The notes: generated by a model not told the origin, from the sequence alone. A DNA stretch of 64,000 nt from Alphaproteobacteria bacterium (GCA_965220745.1 CBDCQT010000011.1:160001-224000); one strand, 5' to 3'. Counted from the stretch's first letter, positions 1 through 12,820 are shown. Numbers and translations are program-made.

Positions 1-2
1 TG

Positions 3-164
3 TGCGCCCTGCTCGAAGACGAGAGCGCGCAGTCCATGCGCGCGACCGCCGCGCGCGAGGCCGCGGCTTCGCTTGGCGGTGCGGCCGAGGCGGCGCTCGG
101 CCTGATCCGCGATCACCTCGAACCCAGCGGCGACGATGCGCGCGCCAGCGTTCTGGGCGGCTGA
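3..164 (+). CDS. waaA: 3' end of probable Kdo transferase (partial, runs off the left edge)
   Basis: Open frame CALLEDESAQSMRATAAREAAASLGGAAEAALGLI...* overlaps the lpxK start. Identity rests mainly on the usual waaA-lpxK order. Confidence 0.55.
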   Translation, partial: CALLEDESAQSMRATAAREAAASLGGAAEAALGLIRDHLEPSGDDARASVLGG

Positions 165-1128
165 GCGCGGCGGTGTTGCCGCCGCCGCGCTGACGCCACT
201 CTCCTGGCTCTATCGCCTCGGCGCACGGAGCCACGCTGCCTTGGCTCGGCCGTCGAGGGCGGAGCGTCCGGTAATTTGTGTCGGCAACTTCACAGTGGGC
301 GGTGCGGGCAAGACCCCCACCGTACTCGCCCTCGCCGCGCTGTTGGCGGAGGAAGGCGTCCGCCCGCACATCCTCACGCGCGGCTATGGCGGCGGTGAGC
401 GTGGCCCGCTCAGGGTCGATCCCGCCCGCCACGGCGCAGATGCGGTCGGTGACGAGGCGTTGTTGCTGGCGCGCGCGGCGCCGACCTGGCTTTGCCGCGA
501 CCGGCCGGCGGGAGCCGCCGCTGCGGCGTCCGCAGGTGCGGATTTGTTGCTCATGGACGACGGTATGCAGACGCCGAGCTTGGCGAAGGACTTTTGCATC
601 GCGGTCGTAGATGGCGGCGCCGGCTTCGGTAATGGCCGCCTGTTGCCTGCCGGGCCGCTGCGCGAGCCGCTCGCCTGCGGGCTCAGCCGGGCGCACGCGC
701 TGGTTCTGGTCGGTGCCGACCGAGAGGGCGCACTCGCGGCGCTCGGGCCGCACGACCTGCCCGTGATCGAGGCTTCGCTGGTGCCTGGCGAGGAGGTTCG
801 GGCGCTTCGCGCGCGGCCGGTCGTCGCCTTCGCCGGGATCGGGCGGCCGGAGAAATTCTTCGAGACGCTGGCAGAAAGCGGCTGCAACGTAATCGCGCGC
901 TATGCCTTCGCGGACCACCACCACTATAAGCTGAGAGAGATCGCGGCCATCGTCGACTACGCGAAAGAGCGGGACGCCGTGCCAGTCACGACCGGAAAGG
1001 ACCATGTGCGGCTGCCGCCGGACGCGAGAGCGGCGGTTCGCACGCTTTCCGTCACTCTCGCCTGGCGCGATCCGGCCGAACCGCGCTCCTTGCTGGCGCC
1101 GCTGGTGACGCGCTGCCGCCGTGGCTAA
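136..1128 (+). CDS. lpxK: Tetraacyldisaccharide 4'-kinase
   Basis: Motifs VICVGNFTVGGAGKTP, LTRGYGG, GDEALL, MDDGMQ, LLPAGPLRE, AFAGIGRPEKFF, FADHH. Confidence 0.95.
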   Translation: MRAPAFWAAERGGVAAAALTPLSWLYRLGARSHAALARPSRAERPVICVGNFTVGGAGKTPTVLALAALLAEEGVRPHILTRGYGGGERGPLRVDPARHGADAVGDEALLLARAAPTWLCRDRPAGAAAAASAGADLLLMDDGMQTPSLAKDFCIAVVDGGAGFGNGRLLPAGPLREPLACGLSRAHALVLVGADREGALAALGPHDLPVIEASLVPGEEVRALRARPVVAFAGIGRPEKFFETLAESGCNVIARYAFADHHHYKLREIAAIVDYAKERDAVPVTTGKDHVRLPPDARAAVRTLSVTLAWRDPAEPRSLLAPLVTRCRRG

Positions 1129-2011
1129 GCGGGGGCCGGCACGCGCAGCGCGGCACGTCTGCGAGGCCGCCGCCGCCCATGTCTTTTTCGGGCTGTTAGG
1201 TGCGCTGCCCGTGGGATGGGCATCAACTCTCGGTGCTGTTCTGGGCGGTTCCATCGGACACATGCTCCCGGTGCATCGGCAGGGCCTCGACAATCTCGCC
1301 CGCGCGTTGCCGGAGCTTTCGCCCGCCGAGGTGCGGCGTTGCGCCCGGCGCATGTGGCGTCATCTCGGCCGCGTCGCTGCGGAATACCCGCATCTCCACC
1401 GCTTCTCCGTCGACGCGCCCGGCGGGCGGGTCGAGCTCGTCGGGCGCGACCTCCTGGACGAGGCCAAGTGCTCCGCCACCGGCGGAATCTTCTTCTCGGG
1501 CCACATCGGCAATTGGGAGATCGCCGCGCTCACGCTGGAGCAGGCCGGAATCCCCGCAACCGTCGTCTACAGGGCGGCGAACAACCCGATCGTCGACCGC
1601 ATGATCTCGCGGTTCAGAGGTGCGGTCATGCAGCACCTCGTGCCCAAGGGCCACGACGCGACGCGGGAGCTGGTGCGCACGCTCGGCGCCGGTAAACACG
1701 TCGCGCTCCTGGTGGATCAGAAGCTCAACACCGGCATTCCGGTCCCCTTCTTCGGCCGCGATGCCATGACCGCGCCCGCTGTGGCGACATTCGCGCTGCG
1801 CTACGACTGCCCGATATGGCCGGTCAGGGTGGAACGGCTCGACGGCGCGTCCTTCCGTGTTACTGTGTATCCCAAGCTCGCCATGCCCGAGGAGGGCACG
1901 CGGGAGGAACGCACCCGCGCGATCATGGTGACCATCAACCAGGTTCTCGAAGACTGGATTCGCGATCGACCCGCACAATGGCTATGGCTGCACCGGCGCT
2001 GGCCGGACTGA
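1121..2011 (+). CDS. Lipid A lauroyl/myristoyl acyltransferase (LpxL/HtrB family)
   Basis: GHIGNWE, LLVDQ, VPFFG, C-terminal PAQWLWLHRRW; follows lpxK. Confidence 0.9.
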   Translation: MAKRGPARAARHVCEAAAAHVFFGLLGALPVGWASTLGAVLGGSIGHMLPVHRQGLDNLARALPELSPAEVRRCARRMWRHLGRVAAEYPHLHRFSVDAPGGRVELVGRDLLDEAKCSATGGIFFSGHIGNWEIAALTLEQAGIPATVVYRAANNPIVDRMISRFRGAVMQHLVPKGHDATRELVRTLGAGKHVALLVDQKLNTGIPVPFFGRDAMTAPAVATFALRYDCPIWPVRVERLDGASFRVTVYPKLAMPEEGTREERTRAIMVTINQVLEDWIRDRPAQWLWLHRRWPD

Positions 2012-2030
2012 GAGACGCTCCTACCGCCGA

Positions 2031-2058
2031 TTGACACCGGGGACGCCCGGCCTATAGT
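2031..2058 (+). promoter_or_regulatory. Sigma70-type promoter of the rplU-rpmA operon
   Basis: TTGACA (2031-2036), 16-nt spacer, TATAGT (2053-2058). A leader hairpin GGGGAGCG-CCC-CGCTCCCC follows at 2070-2088. Confidence 0.75.
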
Positions 2059-2106
2059 GCGCCCGCTGCGGGGAGCGCCCCGCTCCCCCCAACACGGATG
2101 GTTGTC

Positions 2107-2817
2107 ATGTTCGCTGTGGTTCGCTCTGGCGGGAAGCAATATCGCGTCGCGCCGGAGGACGTTATCCGGGTGGAACGGCTCAAGGCCGAGGCCGGTGAGG
2201 CGATCGAGCTCGGCGAGGTGCTGGCCATGAGCGACGGCGAGACCGTCTCGCTCGGACAGCCGCTGGTCGAGGGCGCGCGCGTGGCGGCGACGGTCGTCGA
2301 ACACACGCGCGGAGACAAGATCATCGTCTTCCGCAAGAAACGGCGGAAGAACCATCGGCGCAAGCGGGGGCACCGGCAGGAGCTCACGGTGCTCCGCATC
2401 GACGAGATTCTGGCGGCTGGCCAGAAGCGGAAGGCGCGCCGGAAGAAGAAGGCCACTCCGGCGGAAGGCGAAGAGGCAACCGGCGCCAAGACCAAGAAGT
2501 CGACGAGAGCAAAGGCCGCCGCCAAGCCGAGGACCCGGAAGAAGCCGGCCGCCAAGGCCGAGCCGGCCGAGGAGGCCGCGCCCGCACCCGCACCCGCCGA
2601 AGCGGCGACCCCGGAGCCGGCCGAGCCGCCGGTCGAGGAAGCCGCTGCGCCGCCAGCGGACGAGGTGGCTGAGCCTCCGGCAGACGAGACGGCCGATGCG
2701 GCAGCCGAGGCGCCGGAGGCCGAGGCGGCTGAATCCCCGGCAGATGAGACGACCGAAACGCCCGCCGAGGAGACTGCAGAGGCTCCTGCGGACGAGCCGG
2801 CAGAGGAGAAAAGCTGA
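2107..2817 (+). CDS. rplU: 50S ribosomal protein L21 with long C-terminal extension
   Basis: [14 protein letters not shown]...[24 protein letters not shown]; adjacent to rpmA. Confidence 0.97.
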   Translation: MFAVVRSGGKQYRVAPEDVIRVERLKAEAGEAIELGEVLAMSDGETVSLGQPLVEGARVAATVVEHTRGDKIIVFRKKRRKNHRRKRGHRQELTVLRIDEILAAGQKRKARRKKKATPAEGEEATGAKTKKSTRAKAAAKPRTRKKPAAKAEPAEEAAPAPAPAEAATPEPAEPPVEEAAAPPADEVAEPPADETADAAAEAPEAEAAESPADETTETPAEETAEAPADEPAEEKS

Positions 2818-3074
2818 TGGCGCACAAGAAGGCAGGCGGCAGTTCGCGCAACGGCCGGGATACGGCGGGCCGACGCCTCGGCATCAAGAAGTTCGGCGGC
2901 GAGGCAGTGATCCCTGGCAATATCATCGCGCGCCAGCGGGGCACCAAGTGGCACCCCGGCGAGAACGTCGGGATCGGGCGCGACCACACGCTCTTTGCGC
3001 TGACCGGCGGCCATGTGCGGTTCGCGCGGCGGGGTGGCGGGAAGACGGTCGTCTCGGTCGAGCCGAGCGCGTAA
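2817..3074 (+). CDS. rpmA: 50S ribosomal protein L27
   Basis: [15 protein letters not shown]...[28 protein letters not shown]. Confidence 0.98.
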   Translation: MAHKKAGGSSRNGRDTAGRRLGIKKFGGEAVIPGNIIARQRGTKWHPGENVGIGRDHTLFALTGGHVRFARRGGGKTVVSVEPSA

Positions 3075-5265
<2,191 letters not shown>

Positions 5266-5269
<4 letters not shown>

Positions 5270-6558
5270 GCATGGCCGAGGCGGCGCAGAGCCGCGAGAC
5301 CGAACAGGATATCGCCGCCGAGATGGCGGCCCTCGGGGCGGAGGCGCGCGCGGCGGCGCAGGCGCTGGCGGCAAGCTCGGCCGAGGCGAGACGCCGTGCG
5401 CTCAAGGCCGCGGCCGCGGCGATCCGGCGCGATGAAGCGGCGATCCTGGAGGCGAACGCCAGGGACATGGCAGCCACGAAGACGTCCGGCCTGAGCGGCG
5501 CCCTGCTCGACCGCCTCGCCCTCGACCGCGGCCGGGTCGAGGCGATGGCCGCAGGAGTCGAGCAGGTGGCCGCTCTCGACGACCCGCTCGGCCGCCTTCT
5601 GGGCGAGTGGGAGCGGCCCAACGGGCTTCGCATCCGCCGGGTTTCGGTGCCGATCGGCGTCATCGGGATCATCTACGAATCGCGGCCCAACGTGACCGCC
5701 GACGCCGGCGCGCTCTGTCTGATGGCGGGGAACGCGGCGATCCTGCGCGGCGGCTCCGAGAGCTGGCACTCATCGCGCGCCATCGCGGCGTCGCTGCGCG
5801 CGGCCCTTGCCGAGACCGGGTTGCCGGCGGGCTGCATCCAGCTTGTGCCGACGACCGACCGGGCCGCGGTCGGTATCCTGCTCCGCATGGACGACGCGCT
5901 CGACCTGATCGTGCCACGCGGCGGCCGCTCGCTGATCGAGCGGGTGCTGGCGGAGAGCCGGGTGCCGGTGATGGCGCACCTGGACGGCAACTGCCACGTC
6001 TACGTGCATGCCGCCGCCGACCCCGAGAAGGCGCGCGACGTCACCTTCAACGCCAAGATGCGGCGGACCGGCATCTGCGGTGCGGCGGAGACCCTGCTGG
6101 TCGACGCAGCCGCTGCAGACACGCTGCCCGCGATCCTGGAGCCCCTGTTCGAGGCGGGCTGCGAGGTGCGGGGCGATGCGCGCGTGCAAGCGCTGGATAC
6201 GCGGGTGGTGCCGGTCGACGACGCCGATTGGGGAACCGAGTACCTCGACGCGATCATCTCGGTCGGGGTGGTGGACGGGCTCGACGCGGCGATCGCCCAC
6301 GTCAACGAGCACGGCTCGCACCACACCGACAGCATCATCACCGAGGACGCAGGCGCCGCCGAGCGCTTCATGGAGGCAGTCGATAGCGGGATCGTGCTGC
6401 ACAACGCCTCGACCCAGTTTGCCGACGGCGGCGAGTTCGGCATGGGGGCCGAGATCGGCATCTCCACCGGCAAGCTGCATGCGCGCGGGCCGGTGGGTGT
6501 CGAGCAACTCACCACCTACAAGTACAAGGTCTACGGCGACGGGCAGGTTCGCCCCTGA
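5266..6558 (+). CDS. proA: Gamma-glutamyl phosphate reductase
   Basis: [51 protein letters not shown]. Confidence 0.97.
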
Positions 6559-6566
6559 CCGCGCTC

Positions 6567-7208
6567 GTGCCCATGCGCCGGCGGCGGTCGCGGCCCGTGC
6601 CGGGCGGCGCTCCGCGCGTACGGCCGCCGGGCCGCAAGGTCGGCCTGCTCGGCGGCTCCTTCAATCCGGCCCATGAGGGCCATCGCCACATCAGCCTGCT
6701 GGCGCTCAAGCGCCTGGGCCTGCACGAGGTCTGGTGGCTGGTCTCGCCGCAGAACCCGCTCAAGCCCCGCGCCGGGATGGCCGCGTTCGACGAACGCCTC
6801 GCCAGCGCGCGGGCCGCGGCGGGCGACCGGCGGCTCCGCGCGAGCGATATCGAGCGCCGCCTCGGCTGCTGCTATTCGGTCGATACGATCGCCCGCCTCA
6901 AGCGGTGCTTCCCGCGGCACAGGCTGGTCTGGATCGTCGGCGCCGACAACCTGCCGACGCTCGCAGAGTGGCGGCGCTGGCCCGCGCTCTTCCGGGCACT
7001 ACCCGTTGCGGTCATCGACCGCTGGCCTTACTCTCGCTATGCCAGTGTGGTTAAGCCTGCGAAACGATTCGCACGCCAAAGAATGGCGGAACGCCGAGCG
7101 ACAGGGCTCGTGCGGAGCAAGCCGCCCGCCTGGATGGTCATCCATGGACCGTTGCATCCCGCCTCGGCGACAGCGTTGCGCGCCATGAGCGGTGCTGCGG
7201 GCCCATAA
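6567..7208 (+). CDS. nadD: Nicotinate-nucleotide adenylyltransferase
   Basis: GLLGGSFNPAHEGH, WWLVSPQNPLK, WIVGADNL, SATALR; conserved position after proA. Confidence 0.93.
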   Translation: MPMRRRRSRPVPGGAPRVRPPGRKVGLLGGSFNPAHEGHRHISLLALKRLGLHEVWWLVSPQNPLKPRAGMAAFDERLASARAAAGDRRLRASDIERRLGCCYSVDTIARLKRCFPRHRLVWIVGADNLPTLAEWRRWPALFRALPVAVIDRWPYSRYASVVKPAKRFARQRMAERRATGLVRSKPPAWMVIHGPLHPASATALRAMSGAAGP

Positions 7209-7228
7209 GGGGAGGCTGGAGGAACACC

Positions 7229-7645
7229 ATAACGGTACCTGAACGACCTGTTAGGTCCACACGCCGGGAGTCGGGCAAGGCCGACTCCGCAGTGCTTCAC
7301 CGGGCCGTCGCCGGCGCTCTTGCAGACGCCAAGGCGGAGGACATCGTCACCATAGACCTCGACGGCAAGACCACGATCGCCGATTTCATGGTCATTGCCA
7401 GCGGACGGTCGAAACGCCACGTCAACGCAGTGGCGGAACGACTCCTGAAGCAGCTCAAGGACGGCGGCACGCCGGCGCTCGCAGCGGAGGGGCGCGAGAA
7501 CTCGGACTGGGTGCTCATCGATGCCGGCGACATCATCGTGCACGTCTTCCGACCCGAGATCCGCGCCCTCTACAACCTGGAGAAGATGTGGTCCGTCGAG
7601 GCCATCGGCGCGGCAGAAGAGCAGGCGCTTGCCGGTGAGGATTAG
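7229..7645 (+). CDS. rsfS: Ribosome silencing factor (start may be ATA 7229; first canonical start is GTG 7292)
   Basis: KAEDIVTIDL, IADFMVIASGRSKRHV, DWVLIDAGDIIVHVFRPEIRALYNLEKMW. Confidence 0.93.
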   Translation: MTVPERPVRSTRRESGKADSAVLHRAVAGALADAKAEDIVTIDLDGKTTIADFMVIASGRSKRHVNAVAERLLKQLKDGGTPALAAEGRENSDWVLIDAGDIIVHVFRPEIRALYNLEKMWSVEAIGAAEEQALAGED

Positions 7646-7696
7646 CGGCGCGGCCCGGCCCGCCGCCTAGCAGGAAGAGAGGACGTCCCGCAGCCG

Positions 7697-8149
7697 ATGC
7701 GCCTTGTCGTGGTGGCAGTCGGCCGTGGCCGGAACGACCCGGCCCAGCGAATCTTCGAGGACTACAGCAAGCGCCTGCCTTGGCCCTTGGAGCTGCGCGA
7801 GGTCCGGGCCGGCGGCGGCGGTGAGGTGGGGCGCGAACGCGAGGCTGCGGGGCTGCTTAAGGGACTGCCAGCAGATGCCTATGTGGTCGCTCTGGATGGC
7901 GGCGGAAAGGCGCTCACCAGCGAGGAATTCGCGGCGAGGCTGGCTTCCGTCCGCGACGACGGCACGGCCGTCGTGGCGTTCCTGATCGGCGGGGCCGACG
8001 GGCACGGGGAGGCCGTTCTCGCCCGCGCAGATATGGTGCTCTCGCTGGGGCCGATGACCTGGCCGCACCTCTTGGTGCGCGCGATGCTGGCCGAACAATT
8101 GTGGCGGGCGGCGAGCATCCTTTCGGGCCACCCTTACCACCGCGGTTGA
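7697..8149 (+). CDS. rlmH: 23S rRNA m3Psi1915 methyltransferase
   Basis: FLIGGADG, LSLGPMTWPHLLVRAMLAEQLWRA, GHPYHR. Confidence 0.96.
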   Translation: MRLVVVAVGRGRNDPAQRIFEDYSKRLPWPLELREVRAGGGGEVGREREAAGLLKGLPADAYVVALDGGGKALTSEEFAARLASVRDDGTAVVAFLIGGADGHGEAVLARADMVLSLGPMTWPHLLVRAMLAEQLWRAASILSGHPYHRG

Positions 8150-8165
8150 ACCGCGGCGCGGCCAC

Positions 8166-9038
8166 TCAGCGCGTCGGGACCGGTGTGCCTGTGGAGTAGT
8201 CGTAGAAGCCCTTGCCGGTCTTGCGACCGAGCCAGCCGGCCTCGACGTACTTGGCGAGCAGCGGGCAGGGCCGGTACTTGCTGTCGGCGAGGCCCTCGTA
8301 GAGCACCTGCATGATCGAGTGGCAGGTGTCGAGACCGATGAAATCGGCGAGCTCCAGCGGCCCCATGCGGTGATGGGCGCCGAGCTTCATCGCCGTGTCG
8401 ATGGCCTTCACCGTACCGACGCCTTCGTAGAGCGCGTAGATCGCCTCGTTGACCATCGGCATCAGGATGCGGTTCACGATGAAGGCGGGAAAATCCTCGG
8501 CCATGGCCGGGATCTTGCCCATGCGCTCAGTCACCGTGCGCGCGGTCTCGTAGGTCTCCTCTTCAGTCGCGATACCGCGCACCAGCTCTACCAGCTCCAT
8601 CATCGGCACCGGGTTCATGAAGTGCATGCCCATGAACTTGCCGGGCCGGTCGGTGCTCGCCGCAAGGCGGGTGACGGGCAACGACGAGCTGTTGGTGCAG
8701 ATGATGGTGTGCTCCGGCAGCGTGCCGCGCAGCGCGGCGAAGACCTCCTTCTTGACCGCCTCGTCCTCGATGACCGCCTCGATCACCATGTCGACGTCCT
8801 TGATGGCGTCGAGGCCGACGGCAGTCGCGATGCGGTCCAGCGCCGCCGCCGGCTGGTCGTCGGCGATCAAACCCTTGCGCGCCTGGCGGCCGAGGTTGGT
8901 GCGGATCGTCTCCAGCGAGGTATCGAGTTCGGCCTGCCCGAGGTCGATCAGCGTCACGTCGTAGCCCGCGAGCGCAGCGACATGGGCGATGCCGCTGCCC
9001 ATGCGGCCCGCTCCGATGATTCCGATCGATTGCACCAT
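8166..9038 (-). CDS. hbd: 3-hydroxybutyryl-CoA dehydrogenase
   Basis: [49 protein letters not shown]. Confidence 0.92.
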   Translation of the reverse strand: MVQSIGIIGAGRMGSGIAHVAALAGYDVTLIDLGQAELDTSLETIRTNLGRQARKGLIADDQPAAALDRIATAVGLDAIKDVDMVIEAVIEDEAVKKEVFAALRGTLPEHTIICTNSSSLPVTRLAASTDRPGKFMGMHFMNPVPMMELVELVRGIATEEETYETARTVTERMGKIPAMAEDFPAFIVNRILMPMVNEAIYALYEGVGTVKAIDTAMKLGAHHRMGPLELADFIGLDTCHSIMQVLYEGLADSKYRPCPLLAKYVEAGWLGRKTGKGFYDYSTGTPVPTR

Positions 9039-9047
9039 GGCTGCGGA

Positions 9048-10001
9048 TCAGGCCTTGGAGATGCCCTGGCGGTCGAGCTCTTCGGCGAGCTCCGGGAGGG
9101 CCTTGAACAGGTCGGCCACGAGACCGAAGTCGGCGATCTGGAAGATCGGCGCTTCCTCGTCCTTGTTGATGGCGCAGATCACGCGGCTGTCCTTCATCCC
9201 GGCGAGATGCTGGATCGCGCCGGAGATGCCGACCGCGAGATAGAGATCGGGCGCCACCACCTTGCCGGTCTGCCCGACCTGGAAGTCGTTGGGCACGTAG
9301 CCCGCGTCGACCGCTGCGCGCGAAGCGCCGACGGCGGCGCCCAGCCGGTCCGCCACCGCCTCGATCAGCGGGAAGTTCTCGCCGCTCTGCATGCCGCGCC
9401 CGCCCGAGATCACGATGCCGGCGCTGGTGAGCTCCGGCCGGTCGGACTTGCTGAGCTCGTGTTTGACGAAGCGGACCAGGCCCTGGTCGCCGGCGCCGGA
9501 GACCGCTTCGATCGCGGCGTTGCCGCCCTCGGCGGGTGCCGCATCGAACGCCGTGGTGCGCACCGTCACCACCTTCGTGGCGTCGCCGCTCTCCACCGTC
9601 GCGAGCGCGTTGCCGGCGTAGGTCGGGCGCACGAAGACACTGTCCGAAGCGATTCCGATGATGTCGGAGACTTGGGCCACGTCGAGCAGGGCCGCGACCC
9701 GCGGCATGACGTTCTTGCCGAAGGTGGTGGCCGACGCAATCAGATGGCTGTAGCCCTCGGCAAGGCCGACCAGCAGCGGCGCCAGGTTCTCGGCGATACC
9801 GTGCTCGTAGGCTGGATCGTCTGCGTGCAGCACCTTACCGACACCGGCGACCTGAGCGGCAGCCTCGGCCACCGGCCCGGCGCCGGAGCCCGCAACCAGC
9901 ACGTGAACCTCGCCGCCCAGCGCCTGCGCGGCGGTGACCGCGTTGAGAGTCGGCCGCTTCAGCTCGGCGTTGTCGTGCTCTGCAATGACGAGGGTACTCA
10001 T
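9048..10001 (-). CDS. etfA: Electron transfer flavoprotein alpha subunit
   Basis: [38 protein letters not shown]. Confidence 0.97.
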   Translation of the reverse strand: MSTLVIAEHDNAELKRPTLNAVTAAQALGGEVHVLVAGSGAGPVAEAAAQVAGVGKVLHADDPAYEHGIAENLAPLLVGLAEGYSHLIASATTFGKNVMPRVAALLDVAQVSDIIGIASDSVFVRPTYAGNALATVESGDATKVVTVRTTAFDAAPAEGGNAAIEAVSGAGDQGLVRFVKHELSKSDRPELTSAGIVISGGRGMQSGENFPLIEAVADRLGAAVGASRAAVDAGYVPNDFQVGQTGKVVAPDLYLAVGISGAIQHLAGMKDSRVICAINKDEEAPIFQIADFGLVADLFKALPELAEELDRQGISKA

Positions 10002-10750
10002 CCGATCACCTTAGCGTCGTCGCGCAGCTTCGCGACGAGCTCTGCGACGTCCGCCACCTTGATTCCCGCCTCGCGCTTGGGCGGCTCCTCCACCTTGTGG
10101 ATCGCGAGCCTGGGGCTGATATCCACGCCGAGCGCGTCCGCCTCCCGCCGATCGATGGGCTTCTTCTTGGCCTTCATGATGTTGGGGAGAGAGGCATAGC
10201 GCGGCTCGTTGAGCCTGAGATCGGTGGTGACCACCGCCGGCAGGTTGACGTTGAGGGTCTCGAGCCCGCCGTCGATCTCGCGAGTCACGTCCGCCGTCCC
10301 GTCCTTGAACACGATCTCGGAGGCGAAGGTCGCCTGCGGCCAGCCGAGCAGCGCCGCCAGCATCTGGCCGGTCTGGTTGCTGTCGTCGTCGATGGCCTGC
10401 TTGCCCATGATGACGAGGCCCGGCTTCTCCTCGTCTGCGATCACCTTCAGTAGGCGCGCCACGGCCAGCGGCTGCAGTTCCGCCTCGATCACGACGTGGA
10501 CGGCGCGGTCGGCACCCATGGCGAGCGCCGTACGCAGCGTCTCCTGCGCCTTGTCGGCACCGGCGGAGACCGCGACCACCTCATCGGCGTGACCGGCCTC
10601 CTTCATGCGCACGGCTTCTTCGACGGCGATCTCGCAGAACGGGTTCATCGCCATCTTCACGTTCGCGGTCTCGACCCCGGTCTGATCGGACTTCACCCGC
10701 ACCTTCACATTGGGGTCGATCGTGCGCTTGACCGCGACCAGAACCTTCAT
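9998..10750 (-). CDS. etfB: Electron transfer flavoprotein beta subunit
   Basis: [45 protein letters not shown]. Confidence 0.96.
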   Translation of the reverse strand: MKVLVAVKRTIDPNVKVRVKSDQTGVETANVKMAMNPFCEIAVEEAVRMKEAGHADEVVAVSAGADKAQETLRTALAMGADRAVHVVIEAELQPLAVARLLKVIADEEKPGLVIMGKQAIDDDSNQTGQMLAALLGWPQATFASEIVFKDGTADVTREIDGGLETLNVNLPAVVTTDLRLNEPRYASLPNIMKAKKKPIDRREADALGVDISPRLAIHKVEEPPKREAGIKVADVAELVAKLRDDAKVIG

Positions 10751-10977
10751 GGGCGTCCCTGCTGGGCAACAAGACGAGCCGATTGTTGCGCCACGGCGGC
10801 TGCCCCGCCGCGCGCGGCCGCACACTAGCCCGGTTTTCTCTGCAATGTCACGGCCTGCATCGCCATTAGGCGCCGGTTCCCGCCGCCCCGCTGGACGCTG
10901 CCCGAGGCTCCGCGTAGAAATGGCTCAATTCCGCCGCCTGCGTCGGAGCGCGCGGGCATCGAAGAGGGGAGGCAACG

Positions 10978-11919
10978 CTGTCAATCGCAGTCGGCCTCGG
11001 GCTTAATGCGTTCCCGTTCTCGGGTGCGGCCGCCTTCTGGCGCTGGGTCGACCTCTGCGAAGAGGGCGGAGTCGATTCGCTGTGGCAGACCGACCGCCTC
11101 GTCTCCGACGAGCCCTTCCTCGAGGTGATGAGCGTGATGGCGGCGCTCGCCGGGCGGACCGAGCGGATCAAGTTCGGTATGAATGTCGCCTCGGTCGGGC
11201 TGCGCGACCCGCTGCTGCTCGCCAAGCAGTGCGCCACCATCGACGTGCTGAGCGAGGGGCGCCTGCTGCCGGCCTTCGGCATCGGCGCGATCCGCGCGCC
11301 TGACTGGGCCGCCACCGGCACGGACACCAAGGGCCGCGGCCGGCGCACCGACGAGGGGCTGGAGCTGATCGCCCGACTCTGGACCGAGGATTCGGTCGAC
11401 TTCGACGGCGAGTTCTATCGGTATTCGGGCGCGAGGATCGAGCCCAAGCCGGTGCAGAAAAACCTGCCGCTTTGGCTCGGCGGGTCGAGCAAGCCGGCGA
11501 TCCGGCGCACGGCGCGTATCGGCACCGGCTGGCTGGCCGGGCTGGAGACGCCGGAGCAGGTGGCTCCCGCCATCGCCGGGATCAAGGTGGCGCTCGCCGA
11601 GACCGGGCGGCGCATCGATGCCGACCATTACGGCGCAAGCTTCCACGTCCGCTTCGGCGGCTGGGACGAGCCCCTGATGCAGCGGGTTGCCGAGACCTAC
11701 AGAGTGCGCTTCCAGCGCGATCCCGAGGGCGGCATCGTCGCCGGCGATGCTGCCGACATCATGCAGCGGATCGAGAAGTTCGTCGCGGCCGGCGTGTCGA
11801 AGTTCGTGCTGTGGCCGCTCGGTGGCGATGACGACGATATCCTCGACCAGACGCGCCGCCTGATCGAGGAGGTGCAGCCGGCGGTCGAGGCCCTGAACCA
11901 CCGGGTCGACGCCGCATGA
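10978..11919 (+). CDS. LLM-class flavin-dependent oxidoreductase (probable CTG start)
   Basis: DSLWQTDRL, RDPLLLAKQCATIDVLSEGRL, RGRRTDEGLE, PLWLGG. The frame is open 49 codons upstream of the called ORF, back to an SD-CTG. Confidence 0.85.
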   Translation: MSIAVGLGLNAFPFSGAAAFWRWVDLCEEGGVDSLWQTDRLVSDEPFLEVMSVMAALAGRTERIKFGMNVASVGLRDPLLLAKQCATIDVLSEGRLLPAFGIGAIRAPDWAATGTDTKGRGRRTDEGLELIARLWTEDSVDFDGEFYRYSGARIEPKPVQKNLPLWLGGSSKPAIRRTARIGTGWLAGLETPEQVAPAIAGIKVALAETGRRIDADHYGASFHVRFGGWDEPLMQRVAETYRVRFQRDPEGGIVAGDAADIMQRIEKFVAAGVSKFVLWPLGGDDDDILDQTRRLIEEVQPAVEALNHRVDAA

Positions 11920-11926
11920 CGCCTGC

Positions 11927-12721
11927 ATGACACCGCTTGTCATCGACCAGGCGGTGGCGCTCTACGTCGCCGCGCGGCATCGTCGGCAGCGGATCGCCGT
12001 GCTGCCCGAGGACTGCCGGCCGGCCACGCTCGACGAGGCCTATGCGGTGCAGGCCGTGCTCAACGACCGACTGGGCGAGACCCACGGTGCCGTTTGTGGC
12101 CGCAAGATCGGCTGCACCACGCCGGTGATGCAGCGCTATCTGGAGATCGCGCATCCCTGCGCCGGTGCCCTCTACGAGCGCCGGACCCTGAGCGCGCCCG
12201 CGACGGTGAAGTATGCCGACCACTGGCGGCCGGGCGTGGAGTGCGAGATCGCGGTGCGGCTCGGGCAAGCGCTGCCGGCGGAGGACGCACCCTTCGACCG
12301 CGAGACCGTCGCCTCCGCGGTCGGGGCCTGCATGGCGGCCATCGAGATCGTGGACGACCGCTACGACGATTTTCGGGCCCTCGACACGCCGACGCTCATC
12401 GTCGACGACTTCTTCAGCGCCGGCGCCGTGCTCGGCCCACCCGTCGTCGACTGGCGCAGGATCGACCTTGCGGCGGCGGGAGGCACCATGACGATCAACG
12501 GCGCATCCGTGGGCGCCGGCACCGGGGCCGACGTGATGGGCCATCCCTTCGAGGCGCTGACCTGGCTCGCGAACCACGAAGCCGCAAGCGGGCGGCCGCT
12601 CCAGGCCGGCGATGTGGTGCTGACCGGCAGCGTGGTCGAGACCAAGTGGGTCGAGCCCGGCGATACGGTCCGCGTCGAAATCGAGGGCCTGGGCGAGGCC
12701 AGCGTCACGTTTGCGCGATAA
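11927..12721 (+). CDS. 2-keto-4-pentenoate hydratase / FAH-family protein
   Basis: GRKIGCT, VECEIA, AIEIVDDR, GHPFEALTWLAN, GDVVLTGS. Confidence 0.88.
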   Translation: MTPLVIDQAVALYVAARHRRQRIAVLPEDCRPATLDEAYAVQAVLNDRLGETHGAVCGRKIGCTTPVMQRYLEIAHPCAGALYERRTLSAPATVKYADHWRPGVECEIAVRLGQALPAEDAPFDRETVASAVGACMAAIEIVDDRYDDFRALDTPTLIVDDFFSAGAVLGPPVVDWRRIDLAAAGGTMTINGASVGAGTGADVMGHPFEALTWLANHEAASGRPLQAGDVVLTGSVVETKWVEPGDTVRVEIEGLGEASVTFAR

Positions 12722-12820
12722 GGACCGGTGGCGCGTTGACAGGGGCGCCATGAAGGGCCTGAATCGGCCCACCGCCACCACGGCCCGCTGGACGAGGCCG
12801 GGCAAGAGAGGACGAATCCC

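Noticed and set aside
8319-10199. 626-aa + strand ORF, and similar long ORFs at 2052-3722, 26033-27868, 30611-32386, 43969-45720 and 46188-48047
   Set aside because: These are antisense shadows of well-supported genes, expected from high-GC codon bias, and carry no motifs.
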